DNA of 64,000 nucleotides, taken from Paraphysomonas bandaiensis. Its lineage: Eukaryota > Protista > Chrysophyceae. Made by a program: the position numbers and the translations under genes. A model generated the notes under the pieces. That model made no database searches, had not been told where the DNA came from, and saw only the letters and a list, made by a program, of their open reading frames with translations. This document shows positions 14,919 through 29,380 of this stretch, piece by piece (positions within the stretch are counted from its first letter, which is position 1; each line of letters opens with the position of its first letter). The stretch spans positions 170,064-234,063 of the forward strand of contig CBFFRP010000358.1 of assembly GCA_965644295.1 (NCBI GenBank), given 5' to 3'.

Positions 14919-16701
14919 AGACTTGCGTGTGTTAGAACGTTCGTACAACTGCGAAGTGAAGATTGACCATGAAGAATTCGTGGTGTTATAGAGCACTGTC
15001 TTGCGCGGGCACCGAACTGTAGTGATAATATATAAACAGAAATATATTTTATCAGTCATTATCTGGCAGTGTTATGTAAGTACTTTGTGGTCCGTATGCA
15101 AAGATTGTCAGTACTATTCACTGTAAAATTAGATTGATTCTTATATGTGAAGACAATGCTTCGGTCAGGAATGCAAAGCGCGTAACGATATACTTTATAA
15201 TACCCAGCTATCGGGTTTGTTTATTCTCGTACATATGAACCAGATGAGACAGGACAAGATGCCTTGAAATCAAATTGCAAAACTACATAGTGTAGTACAC
15301 CAGAAATAGTTTACAATTTTTGTACGGCACGCACATCTTCGCGTTTAGGGTCAGATAAAACAATTTTATATATTTCTTCATATTGTTATTGTGCGAAGTT
15401 TTTAATTACTTTATGGCCTTCATCAGGATTCCACATGCATGTTTCACTTAGAAGTAAAAAACTCTGAAATGACACAACATTCAATTAATCACAATAGTGG
15501 AAATCAATTCTTATCATTCATTGCAACTTGCTGTATATGTTCAATTATACTTGTAGTAGCGCAATACTGACTGAATTATGTGAACTTTAATAGCAAAGTA
15601 ATGACGACAATATGAGCAAAGTCAGCAGATACTTCATTCTATATACAGCGGCTTTTATGCTATCAAAAATAAGAACTAAAAGAAACGTGCTGGAGTTGCA
15701 TAATATTATTTACTAATCCCCATTTTGTCTAAGAGTGATATTATAGTAAAATGCGATGTTGTAGCACTGTGAGACACAACACCAATATTCTATTCTACAA
15801 ATCGTATCTTTAACCGCTACTACGTTTTCAGCTTTTTTGTATACTTTTCATAGGTACTTCTATATTGTAGTCCTGTATATTATGTAATTCCTTGCAACGT
15901 AGAATACAGATGGCTACTAGTCATAGGCTTCAAAAGTCTTCAAGCTTCAAGTACGCACATTGGAGTTGGTTGTAATTCAATATATAGTAAATCGGAAAGT
16001 TATATGATACAACGTATATTGATGGTCGTACTTAAATCATGTATTTAAGAGCACAAGTGGTTGGAAACAAAGTAGTTATGAGTAGGGCAATGGCTGCTGG
16101 CAGCTACACTTATATTGCTCATCATGATGATCAATAGGTTGACAGTGGTAGTATGAGACAGAGCAGATAATGTGGCTGCTGGTAGGCATAAACGTGCTTC
16201 TGTTACATCTTTTTGTTTAATACACTACAGACAGAGTAGCTTTTTCAACTTTTTCACTTAAATACTGTATTTTTCCCAAAATATCGTAAAATTCCTACGT
16301 TTGCATAATGTTAACTTATTCTATATTGATTGGCTCAATAATTTACAATATTAGACAGTCACGATCTTATGTAGTCAGTGCTTCTGTCTATCTTGAGTTT
16401 TTATAATTAACCTAATTAGCCATTCAGGTGGCGCCACACTATTTATTATGAACGATAGTATCATTTACGCTACGATTAATAGTCATTATAATTTCGGGAA
16501 AACATTTTATTAATGGCATTATGATTGCGGGGAATTCGGCACCGATTATGGGCCGTTAATAGATAAACAATTCTTCTCAATGAAATAACAGAGACAAAAA
16601 AGTAAACTCTAGTATCTTTCGAAAGCTGTCACCAATAATTAAAAATTAATACTGACCTCGCGGCACAGAATTCCTGTGACTTTTGATTAGATATGATATA
16701 T

Positions 16702-16830
16702 CAGGGCCAGGGAACAACATATTGAATTGCAATGAATTGCAATAGTATTGTTGGGTCGATTTAAAAACTCCATCAATAGTCGTATAGGAGAGACGCTACG
16801 TAGTAATAGTATTGCACTATATTGTGCCCT
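16702..16830. mobile_element. Degenerate short non-autonomous DNA element (CAGG-terminus family)
   Basis: Begins CAGGGCCAGGGAACAACATATTG; shares TTGCAAT/ATTGTTGG blocks with 28305-28487 and 34012-34142. Confidence 0.4.
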
Positions 16831-17178
16831 TGGATATATATATCGTTTATCGTCGTGAATTCAATTGCATCATTTCTACACTATTTTTCCCCGTTTGAAT
16901 TAGTTTCATGCACGGCACCTACTTCAATATATGTATCTATTCAGTGAACTCAAATGCTACATGTGCAGTTTGCCCATTAGGGATATGAGAGCTCAAATTC
17001 GAAACAATCACCTCGATTATTATTTTTTAGATCAATGAAAACATATTCAAACCGGCATTGAGTAACAGTACCACAAAATGAATGGCTTGTAACTACAACC
17101 ACTTGGACAGTCAGCCGTAGCTCTTAATGGTGCAAATTCATTCCATGACAGTGTAGGCGCTAAGGTATCAGCCCTTGT

Positions 17179-20100
17179 CTAGAGAGACTTCAAGCGAGCA
17201 AGCTCCTTCTCGTAGTTGATTTTGTAGTCCTCTCCAAGGTCAACATTCGCACCGCGGTCGGTATAGTCCTTAAGAGTTAAGAGTGATGAGAGCAATATAT
17301 GTGATAAGTTATTCAGGTCCACAAATTTAGTATTCTATTCTCATCATTGGGCCATCATACTGCAGAGGCACAACAAACGTACCTTCATTTGGTCAAAGTT
17401 CATGTATCTGAATGTATCTTTCGCCGTGGCCTCAATTTTACTGGCATATTTCATGTACTCTTCCACAGACGGCAGCTTGCCTTCGATGGAGGCCACCGCA
17501 GCCAGTTCCGCGGAAGCTAGGAAAACATTAGCTCCCTTGCCCAACCTGTTAGGGAAGTTGCGGGTCGACGTCGACACGACGCTAGACTTATCCTTGACTC
17601 TTGCCTGGTTGCCCATACACAGGGAGCATCCAGGCATTTCCGTGCGGGCACCAACCTTCCCGTAGATGGAGTAGTAGCCCTCGTCAATAAGCTGCGTCTC
17701 ATCCATCCTGGTGGGGGGAGCAATCCAAAGACGAGTAGGAAGCTGACCTTCGTACTTGTCCAACAATTTTCCGGCAGCTCTGAAATGTCCTGATAAAATG
17801 CAACAGAAGTGTTAATGCGCACTACACCCAATACTGTATATACGCATCCACTTTCTACAGGAACTTGTAGCATAATCAATAAACGCACGTACCGATGTTT
17901 GTCATACAAGAACCAATGAAGACCTCGTCAATAGGAGTTCCCGCCACACTAGAGAGAAGACGAGCATCATCCGGGTCATTGGGAGCACACAAGATAGGCT
18001 CCTTGATCTCATCCAACTGTGATATGAATACTCATAAATGACATGTTTCTAGTTCAGTAACAAACTCACGTTGATATGGATCTCAGCGGTATAAGTGGCT
18101 TCTTTGTCAGCCTCTAGTAGCTTTGGAGATGCCATGAATGCTGCCCAAACAAAGGAAACACACATTACAATAAAATCAATTCCATATAAAGCAAATAGCC
18201 CACACATATAGCCGGCCTTACCTTCCATTTTGGCAATGCGTCTTGCCAACGTACGGGCATCACCATACCCCTCTGCGATCATCCACTTGAGAAGGGCCAC
18301 GTTTGAATGTAGGTATTCCAGTATGGGCTCTTGGTCAAGCTTAATCGTGCACCCAGCTGCAACGGAAACAACGATTTAAGCGAAAGATAAAAAAGACAGA
18401 ACAGTATAGTACACATTTGATATGGCAACACCAACACATGACAAAGTCAACACTAAGTATCTACCTGCAGAACGCTCCGCAGAAGCGTCGGAAAGCTCAA
18501 ATGCCTGCTCGCAAGTGAGTTGCGGCAAGCCCTCAATCTCAAGAATTCTCCCACTGAATATGTTCTTTTTTCCTCTCTTCTCCACAGTTAGGAGACCTTC
18601 CTGAATTGCGTAATATGGAATGGCGTGAACGAGATCTCGCAGGGTAATGCCTGGTTGCATGGTACCACTGAATCGAACCAACACACTTTCAGGCATGTCT
18701 AAAGGCATAACCCCTATATGACAGTTAGATCTGGCAGTAGCACGCCACAAAAATAATTTTACAGGAACAGCATTATGCAGCACTATTGATTTTTGTCACC
18801 CCTGCTACGTCATATGTGTAATACATGGAGCACCGTCTTACCTGTTGCTGCAGCAAATGCTACAAGACCAGAACCTGCTGGAAACGACATACCGATGGGA
18901 AACCTCGTGTGACTGTCGCCCCCAGTACCAAGGGTGTCGGGAAGCAGCATTCTATTCAACCACGAGTGAATAATCCCGTCACCAGGTCTCAGGGAAACTC
19001 CTCCACGTGTGCGAATAAAGTCTGGAAGAGTGTGATGAGTTACTACATCCACTGGTTTGGGATATGCTGCTGTGTGGCAAAATGACTGCATGACAAGATC
19101 CGCAGAGAAGCCTAGACATGCAAGATCCTTCAGCTCGTCACGAGTCATGGGGCCGGTAGTGTCCTGAGATCCAACAGTAGTCATCTCAGGTTCACAGTAC
19201 ATATTGGGGAGAACGCCTTTTCCTATTAGCGAATCACATTGTTAGCATGAACTCGTTTAAATGTGTAGTGCAAATACGACAACATAGCACAAATAATAGA
19301 GGTGGATGTGCCGGACACCTTCAGGTAGCCCACAAGCTCTGCCGACTATCTTCTGGGCGAGAGTATATCCCTTGGCTTCGGGAACTTCACCCACGGGATT
19401 GCGGAACACAGTACTGGGTTTCATACCAAGGGAGTGTCTCGCCTTTGCAGTCAGCCCTTTCCCTGTTAATCACAATGTTACAAAATGTATATATAGCATG
19501 GCCTTCGTCAAAAAGACCCACGATAATATAGCGTCATGAATTGGCACTCAGCAAGCATGATGTTCTAGCTTTGATGCAACGCCTCAATGATGATGTGATC
19601 AGCGCTCACTACATAAGGTGATACCATACCGATAATTAGAGGAATTCTGCCTCCTGCCCTCACTTCATCAAGAAGGACCTCCGTCTTCAGGGAGAATTTG
19701 CATATTACTTCATCTGCGATACAGTCACATACACTATAGAAAAAGTATACAGAATACACTTTCATTATCATACACAGACCAATACTTGGGAGATCTCATT
19801 GCAACATCACACGCAAAACTTAAATCGTCGTATGTATATTAAACAGAACAGCAACAAACAGAAATGCTGTGGCATAACATGCTCCGTAACACACAATGCC
19901 GTCACTGTCATGTTATACCTGTGTCATGTCTCTTCGTGACCCCCTCGTAAGGGTAGATATCAATGACATCGCCCATGTTAAGATCGTCGACAGGCATCTC
20001 TATAGGCAGAGCTCCACTATCCTCCATGGTGTTATAGAATATCGGGGCAATCTTGCTTCCAATGCAGACACCTGCGACATACACCATAATAAGTGAGAAT

Positions 20101-21318
20101 ATAGTCACCATACTCTAAAATTATTATACGAGAGATACGGCTAATATTCACCTCCATTGCGCTTGTTGGGGACATTGGGAATGTCTTCACCAAAAAACCA
20201 AAGGATCGAGTTGGTAGCCGACTTTCTTGACGACCCAGTGCCAACCACATCGCCCACATAAGCCAGAGGGAACCCTTTCTTGGAAAGCTCTTGGTAAGTA
20301 GAGATCGGTCCAATAGAGCCGTCCTCATCGGGGGTGATACCTTCTCTTGCGTTTTTGAGCATCGCAACGGCGTGGAGAGGGATGTCTGGACGGCTCCAGG
20401 CATCAGGGGCAGGAGAGAGGTCGTCTGTGTTTGTCTCTCCAGGGACCTGTATGATTTGTATCAGACATAAACCCTCATACCGTGAATAGACCAATAGATA
20501 TATTGCAATAACAACTAAACACAAAGACTTTGAAGTCTACGAATGTTGTGCTAATCGATACCTTGAACACGGTCACAGTGATCTTCTTAGGCACTTCAGG
20601 CTTGTTAAGGAACCACTCGGCTTCTGCCCAACTCTTCATGATTTCCTTGGCATATTGGTTACCATCTTGTGCCTTCTTTTCGACGTCATAGAATGCTTCA
20701 AACATAAGAAGGGTCTTCTTAAGACCACTAGCAGCAATGGGGGCAAGAGTGGGATTATCCAAGAGCTCTATCATGGTGGCGATGTTGTAGCCACCCTACG
20801 AAAATATGAGGATTAGTATATGAGTAATATAACAGTGCACGCATGATAGTCCGAGATATGTATGTACACACCTGCATGGTGCCCAAAAGCTCTGTCGCAT
20901 ACTCGGGGCTCACCAAATCACACTTCGTTTCTCCTTTTGCGACAGCAGATAAAAATGCTGCCTTAACATAGGCCGCTTCATCCACTCCAGGGGGAACTCT
21001 GTTAGCCAACAGATTTACAAGGAACTCCTCTTCTCCTTTAGGAGGGTTTTTCAGGAGTTCCACGAGCTCTTGGCACGCAGCGGCGTCTAGAGCCTTTGGC
21101 ACAATCCCCAATCGAATCCTCTCACCAGCTTGCGCATCATACGAGTCCTTAAAGGAAGACAGTCCACGAGAATAAGACGCGCCGAAATATTGAACGGGGC
21201 GCAGTTTGTGAGACACGTGCACGGCTCGTCGAGAGGAACTGAGATTCGCCACTGATATCGTGCGCTTGATAAACGCCGATGCGCGGAGAGTTTTCTGAAG
21301 AGATCTCGCTCTCAACAT
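17179..21318 (-). CDS. acnB: Aconitate hydratase B (bacterial AcnB type) with N-terminal mitochondrial-type presequence, multi-exon
   Basis: AcnB signatures [124 protein letters not shown]. About 55-aa Arg/Ser-rich, acid-free leader ([19 protein letters not shown]...). Stop TAG at 17179-17181. Confidence 0.95.
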
Positions 21319-21877
21319 ATTATTAAATTTCACAATGAAATGGTATCAGCCAATCGTGGATATTGCCTGTATACGGGCGTAGCAATTAATGAAATGGAAA
21401 ATATGCGCTAGCCACAGACACAAATACACCATAAGAGAACCATGCACCATGTATACAGCAGTACATGAATCTACAGACTGTATATGTATATTGTATCTTC
21501 TGTGCACACACACACCATCGTAATGAGGGCTCATGTACGTACAGACCGGCAAGAATACGTGGAGCTTGTTCGTCCCAATAATATTATTAGAATACAGTGC
21601 ACTGTATTCCCAGCTAGATACGGAGCAAAGTATGAAACGGAATTATAAACTCAGCCTGTAGTTCGTTAATATATATGGAATACAGTGCTGTATAAAGTCA
21701 TGTACTTAACTGATATACACTGCAGCACCTAACTTCCATACATACACATACACTTCTCTGCCTATCTGCAGCTGTCTAGAAGAGACCGCAGTCGAGTAAT
21801 GAAGAGCTCTTCGAGGTAGTTCTCATTGGGCGTCACTGTATTCGATAACTAGCCCGTCGCTGATACAGCGCATAGAA

Positions 21878-24800
21878 ATGAATATCTTAACAGCCCTGAT
21901 TAGTTCCCTACTTGTTCTTCCATATGCTGTAAACGGTGACTGTTCAGCTGGTTCTTATCGGCACGACAAGGCTCCATGGCGCCCTGGATGTCCGGGGTTT
22001 CGTATTTGCGAAGAGGGCCATCATTGTGACGGTATCGATAAATTTGCGTGTCCCGCAGGTGTGTATGGGAATCAGAGAGGACTGCAGTCTTCAGATTGTA
22101 GTGGACTTTGTCCTGGTGGTCATTTCTGTCCTGTACAGTCTATCTCTGGTACTTCTAATAAGTGCGGTAATTCGAGTTTTTACTGTCCTGTGGGCTCAAA
22201 ACACCCGAAGCCAATTCCTGACGGATACTTTGGTATTGGAGAAACTTCCGAGGTGTTCCACGATATTGAAATTTGCCCAAAAGGATTCTATTGTAAAGAT
22301 GGGCTTAAGTATGCTTGTCCTGCTGGTTATTATGGTGATTCCGAGGGATTACATACATCCACATGTTCTGGCATATGCAAAGCGGGATTCTTCTGTCCCA
22401 CTGCAACTACAAATTCTTACTCCCATGCATGCACCAAATCACCCCTTACTTACTGTCCAGCTGGCTCAAGCCACCCAATACCTACAACTATTGGACATTA
22501 TGTAGTGAACCTCCAGTCAGATTTGGCTGGAGGTTTTACATCGGAAAAGCCCTGCCCGCGAGGAAGTTTCTGTATTGATGGTGTAAGACACCTATGTCCT
22601 GGAGGCAGGTTCGGGAGCTCAATGGAGAGTATTAATAAGTCATGTGATGGAGAGTGTTTAGCGGGGTGGTGAGTGTGTTATATGTGTAGCACATATACAT
22701 ACGTGGACGCATTAGTGCCCGTTTGCCTGACTGTGTTGTTTATGCGTGCATCTCGCTCTGCATTAACTGTATTATTTACTCAGGTACTGCCCAGAAGGGT
22801 CAATAGCGAGAAATCAAGTTGCCTGTGGGAACACCAGCGTATTCTGTCCACCAGGAAGTAGTGCTCCTACCCACGTATCGACGGGATTTTATACTGTTGG
22901 AAGCAATGAGGACTATAGCACGACGAACCGCTCTGAGAACTACCTTACCAGTACGAGGACTGCACAGAAAGAGTGTGATGTGGGGCACTACTGTTTGGCA
23001 GATGGTATGTGATAAGTCATGTAGTTCGCTTCAAGTAGTTGTGTTTCCATGGAACAGTTGAAATACATGATTCTCTGTATCTGGAAGAAATCATTTCATG
23101 GTAATGACACATTGATATTGATTTACCTATATAGGTGTAAGGAGAGTATGTCCCGCTGGTCGTTATGGGAGTAGTATAGGGCTAAGCTCTCCTGAATGCT
23201 CAGGTATTTAAGTGCAGAAGAAATTGATGTATTTTCTAATTTTTAGTCATGTTTTGCATGTAGTCCGCTATGCATATTCATTATTTAACTATAGATATAC
23301 GTATCCTCTGTGTGTTAACAAAGATGACTCATTGCTGTGTATTGTCATCGATTTATTGCTGTGTGTTAGGTGTGTGTGAGCAAGGCTACTACTGCCCAGA
23401 AGCTTCAACATCTCCTCGTCAGTACCAATGTGGGGCAGACTCTGTATATTGTCCGTTGGGCTCCAGAGAACCACAGCCTGTGGCAATAGGATATTATACG
23501 GGTATGCCTATTGTATGCTGCAGATTGTGTGGAGTGTATTGTGTATTGAAGATTCATATGAGGCACATAGATTTCTGATGATGCGCATGTCATGTGCGTC
23601 TTCATTCTGCGTTTTCTTAAATGTAGAATACGCATAATCGCTGTGCATTAATTGTACTGACAAATATGTAGTTGGTGGTGGTATTGCCACTCATTTCGCG
23701 GAAAGAAGGTATTTACTGCACTGAGTGTCGCCTGAAACGCATTGAACATGTTGACACATATTGATAGAAAATGCTCAGCACTAGATCGAAATGTTGAGTT
23801 TTAGTTAGTTTATGAGTGTATTGAAAGTAGATACTGATTCTGCTGCAATATCCTATCACTCATTTTTGTCTATAGATGTGAACCGGGACACTACTGTCAA
23901 AACGGCAAGAAGTACTTTTGTACGGCTGGGCGTTACGGCGATCAATTCGGTCAGGTCAGTTTCAGATAGGTATAGCGTACCTGTTTCATTCGAAAACGTG
24001 AATACGTATATATTATATTCCAGCTCTTGTGTCTGCTTGACTCTAACACCACTTTAGGTTCATGAGAACTGCACTGATATGTGTGCTGCTGGGTACTATT
24101 GCCCTGAAGGCAGCACATCTCCTTACGAGGTTCAATGCGGCGAACCATCAAGATACTGTCCCACTGGTAGCAAGCGCCCCATCCAAGTGGATGAAGGATA
24201 CTATACCGTAGGTATATATTTTGGTACCACTTCTTTTTGTATCTATCCTAAATGGTGCTACCACTTTTGATGTATAGGTGGAAATCTGTCCACTCGGGTC
24301 AGTCAGGTACGTTCTACGAGAGGACATTTTGCTATCGGGGGTCTAGATTACATCTGCCCGGCTGGAAGGTATGGGATACGAAATGGAGAGTCTGACCCAC
24401 TCTGTACTGGTATATGCTCGAAAGGGTTCTATTGTCCAGGTGAGATGAAGTGTATATGAATATATTCATACATAAATATGGCTTTAACTATTCTTGCAGC
24501 TGGAAGTGTGTCGCCAATCATGTACCCTTGTGGGGGAGATGACAGGATATGCCCTACAGGATCGGTAAGCCCCATTAAAGTGCAAGAGGGATTCTATACA
24601 ACGAATCAATGGGAGGAGGGATGCAAGCCTGGTATGTGTTGAAACTGAAATTCTAGTCTTAAGCCTGTCAGCGCTATGGACATACAGTGACTGTTAATGA
24701 TCATGTAGGAACCTGGAGAAACTTTTCTATATCCGTAGATCCATTTGTTCCCGGAAATTCTTTTATTCCTACAGAAAAGCTGGATCCCCCGTGTGAACTT

Positions 24801-27466
24801 TGTCCAGATGGGACGTATAAGAGTACCAGGTATATATATAATTGGTATATTTCACACTGCCATTTGCGGACTCATTATATGATGTTGTGACAACTTCTAC
24901 TATCGTAAATATATCTGCATACACTCTCTCAGCTTATGCATACACATCCTTTCTCCTGTAATATTATTTTTTGAAGAGGGGACGATTTTGGACAATGTTT
25001 ACCTTGTCCTTTGGCGGACTCAGTATCGGCCGACGATCGCACTGTCTGTGTATGTACGCGGGCTCCAAGTGGACTTCCACTTCTGGATAGCGAAGTACTC
25101 CACTTCAATTTAACGACTGGGGAGTGTCAAGTGGTGGTGGTTGACGAACTTCCGTATATAGTGAGGGGAATTGGCTGGAGTTTGAATACATCTGTCACAA
25201 GGTATCCTCTTATTGTGATTTCCGATGCCTGTGTTGTGTGCTGAGTTGCTTTGCTCGTTGGAGTGTTTCGTGTTCGACGTCGTGCTTTTCTATTGAGCTG
25301 ATATTTCCATGTACAACTTTGTAGATACGAAGAATTCGAGTGTAAGGCAGGACACTACTGCCTTGATGGAGTACAATACCCCTGCCCAGATGGAAGGTGT
25401 CATTCAGTGGAGTTGATATTTCTTTATTGAAATATATGTTTTCAGATATGGCGAGTTGACAAGAGAAACTAATCCACAGTGTACTGGAGTTTGTCCGGAG
25501 GGTTACTACTGTCCCAGGGGAACCTCATACAGAAGAACGAATATATGTGGACGGTAAATATTGTCTACTTCTTTTGATGCAGTGGACAATATAAATCGAA
25601 ATGCTAAATAGAATGATATGCAGTGTTACGTATTATACATTACGTCTGCATCAAGCCCATAAGTTTAAAATATTAGCTGAGATGTGTACTTATTTTAGGT
25701 CGGATTTGTATTGCCCAGTGGGGTCTGTACAACCTACTTTCGTCCCAAAGGGATACTATAGCACTGGAAGTGACTCGGAATTGACTCGGTAAATCTCACT
25801 ACACTTCTTTCTGAGATACACATGTTCGTATATTTTGAATGATATATTGTTTATTGTGACATATAAGTCTGACAATAATTCAAATTCCATTGTAGAATTC
25901 GAGTACAATTTGTGCATCTTGTTAACTAATATAAACTGCCTACCTCAAATATAGGTTTGGTATCACAATATGCCCACCAGGCATGTACTGCCAACAAGGG
26001 AAGACGTTTAGCTGTCCCAGGGGAAGGTATTCTGATGATGAGGGCACTACTGACCCGTTGTGCAAGGGAGAGTGTGATCCAGGTATAGCAATATGCGCAC
26101 CCATAGTGCATGCTTCATACGTACTGACACGTACCATTTCATCAACTCGCTAATTTTTTCTGTACTACACACTTTAGGCTATTATTGTCTCGAAGGCTCC
26201 TCCACGGCTAGGCAATATGAATGTGGAAATGCAACTGTGTACTGTCCAAGAGGCAGCTTTGAGCCAAGGAGTGTACACAATGGCTTTTACTGTGACCTTA
26301 CTGGAGATTCCAAAGGAGCAGATAGATACTGGGGAGGACAGGACCTCACGGTACGTGTTCATAGTTTGATGTATATAGAAAACATGATGTAATGTATCAT
26401 TACTATACCGGCATCGATACGCGATACTATTTACCTTTAAACTACAACGTGGTGTTGAAATATATTGGAAGAGATGTTCATATGTCATGAGTTCAGATAT
26501 CATGCTACACCTTTAATGCCTTCAGTTTTCTGAGTTTCGGTATCATGATTGAAGCCCTGTACAGCTACACCATGCAAGTATGATGCTTGTAACTATGTAC
26601 AGACTTGTAGCGTAGAACTTCCCTGTGAGCCGGGTTCGTATTGTTCAAACGGCGATCGCCGTTTGTGCCCACCTGGGCGATTCGGATGGAGATATGGACT
26701 GAATACATCTGAATGTTCTGGTCTTTGTGCAGCCGGTTATTATTGCCCATCCTACTTAGAACCTCAACCAGAGGCCCCAGAGTGGACTGTTTGGCCGAGA
26801 ACCCCGCAACTTACTGCATTTCCGTATAAATGTGGACATGTCGGGTGGTTTTGTCCTGCTGGTTCGTGGTATCCCCAAAAAGTGCAGGGAGGATACTACT
26901 CTATAGGTATGCAAGAACGTCGTCCTATATGATTGTAGCTGTGGTGTTGCAATGAAGTACTGTACGTGATGCAGTACATGTCCTGAATGTAGTAGTATAT
27001 ACGCTGTGGGTATAGAATGGACATAAACTGCTACCGTCATTTTTTTCTATCTGCTTAACCTGTACTAAACTTAGGTGGGGACTTGGACAACACCACTAGG
27101 AAGGGCGAAGAGAAGTGCTTACCTGGAAATTACTGCTTGGACGGAATTATTCAGCCCTGCCCAAAAGGAAGGTACGGTCTCTAGCGCTGAACATGCCATT
27201 TGCCTATACACTATATATATGCGTAGGATCAACTCTTGTTGTGTTAATGTAGATATGGAAACGAGTATGGCTTGTCTGACGCAGCCTGTTCTGGTTATTG
27301 CCCACCTGGATTTTATTGTCCGCAAGGTACAAGTGACCCAATACCTTGCCCGGCATTTACATACTCATCGGGTGGTTCTTGGACGTGCAACATATGTCCT
27401 GGATCACATGATGAGAACAGGCCGCTTCCTTGTCAAGACTCACGAACCTGCTGCTTTAGAGGATAG
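21878..27466 (+). CDS. Secreted cysteine-rich repeat protein (CPAGxYG..CSGxCxAGYYCP repeats; GCC2/GCC3/ephrin-receptor-like), many exons
   Basis: Signal peptide MNILTALISSLLVLPYAVNG; numerous repeats such as CPAGVYGNQRGLQSSDCSGLCPGGHFCP and CPPGRFGWRYGLNTSECSGLCAAGYYCP across GT-AG-bounded exons; ends CQDSRTCCFRG*. Confidence 0.85.
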
Positions 27467-28304
27467 TTTCTTAGATGTGTGATGCCTGTTGTGGACTGTG
27501 TATAGTACATAAAGGGATGTATTGTAGTTGATGTGTATGAAATCGACCACTGGATAGTTCTAATCATGGTCTGCTGCTATTGCGTTTATTGTGATACGGT
27601 TCAGTGATTATACTAATTTTTTTAACTTTTGTTAATGTTGTGAACTATTCGTACGCATTTTTTATGGTAACGGGCTATCGGACTATTAAAGTGCGAGTTT
27701 CGCAATGAGATCTTGATGTGGCCAAGGATGCGTGGTATATATAGGAGTATTGCTACAGCATGTATGTGTTCTCTGGTTAAATCATGACAAACACAGAACG
27801 ACGACGAAAAAAATGGGCAGTGGTAGTTATTAAAATGTATAGACATCTGCTAGCCATTTGATCATACGCCATACTAGCACTATAATATAAGTAGGCGAAA
27901 CTCTGTGATGGTCTCTAATCCTAAAATGTGTGCCATATTTTAAGGAATACATCATAGTACTACTTCTTGACTGAAGGGCGCACGAGGTGGGGGAGAATAC
28001 GTGTTGATTTAAAGAGTTCAGTTTTTATAGCCGTTGGGGATATATACAATATGCAATGTACATACGGCTACTATGGAAGATCGTGACTGCTTAGAAGTTA
28101 AATTATTGAAATGCGTCTAACCAATGAATGTAGAAAAGTTGAAAGGAAATATTATTATGTTGAACATTTCAATTAATTGAGTGTTTTGCTTCCAAATTTA
28201 GTTATCTTATGAAGAAAGTATGAAAAGCTTATGAAAATAATAGAAGTAAATATCTTGCATTCGTGGGAAAAAATGTTTACTTAAGATAATATAATCATGT
28301 ATAG

Positions 28305-28487
28305 CAGGACTAAAGAAAATAATTTCCCATTCGTATTATTGCAATAATTTTCAAACCAGTCCAACAATACTGTTGCAATGTATTGTAAGCTAGCTTCACA
28401 CAATAACAATAATATGGAGTACAGAGGTATATATAACGGTCGGGCTATAACTATTTTAATAGTACAATATATTGACCCCTAGTCCTG
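28305..28487. mobile_element. MITE-like element with CAGGACTA..TAGTCCTG termini
   Basis: 8-bp perfect terminal inverted repeat; flanks ATGTATAG / CTGTATAA may be a decayed 8-bp TSD; internal blocks shared with 16702 and 34012. Confidence 0.5.
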
Positions 28488-28889
28488 CTGTATAATAGAT
28501 CCAGGTCGCAACTTCGATGATTTCCATGAATAAAAGTATAGGTAACTTTTCAGAACAGGGGACGTAAAAATAAACTACAATATATATATTGCAATTTGAC
28601 AAGATATTATATTGTCATACACCACTCTGAAACACTATATATCGAAATGCCACCCCAACCATGACTTTTACCGCAAAAAACGATATTCCTGATCAGTAGA
28701 TCAGTAGTGGTAATAACAGTGCAGTATTATAACCTACTGCTAAGTTATAATCCATATTATTATATTCAACAACAATGAAGTCATAAGCCATTTGAGAAAC
28801 GCTAACACCTTATAAACAATAAATTAGATTCTAACAAGCAGCTTTATTGTATTTTATGTGCTGTCAATAAGATACAAGGATCACGTATA

Positions 28890-29380
28890 GCTAGTAATAT
28901 GGGAACACCCCATACTCCTCGATCTCCACACCCTGTGCGTCCAGCTTACACTCGTCACATACATCGACTCTATATATGGGCACAATAGAGACAAAAAGCG
29001 CCTGGTTACTGGGCAGAGCTCTTAAACGCCTATTGCTAATAAAAAGACATTCGTTCCTGATCAACTCGCATCGACATGATGTGGCACCCAGATACAACAT
29101 ATCATGAACTGCACAGACTTGAAACTGCCGAGTTGTCACAACTCTCCAACCCTTCTTTGCAATGAAGTATATCCACTGGTGAACGACATCCACCTGTTCT
29201 GCGACTCCTCGGCTTGGAGTGACAAGGCGGTCCGCTGACTACCATTCGTCTTACTCTCCTTATTATATCTTCTAATCACAGAACATTTCTGCCCTCTAAT
29301 AGTCGATGATAGGTGTGTGACCAACAAATCTGGGAATGTGATTTTACCAGATTTTGACTTTTTGCAGTAGGCATTATTTG
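28890..29380 (-). mobile_element. Probable decayed copia 3' region fragment
   Basis: Contains CTCTTAAACGCCTATTGCTAATAA (~29019), also found at the end of the copia RNase H ORF (~35106) and at ~40452. Confidence 0.4.
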
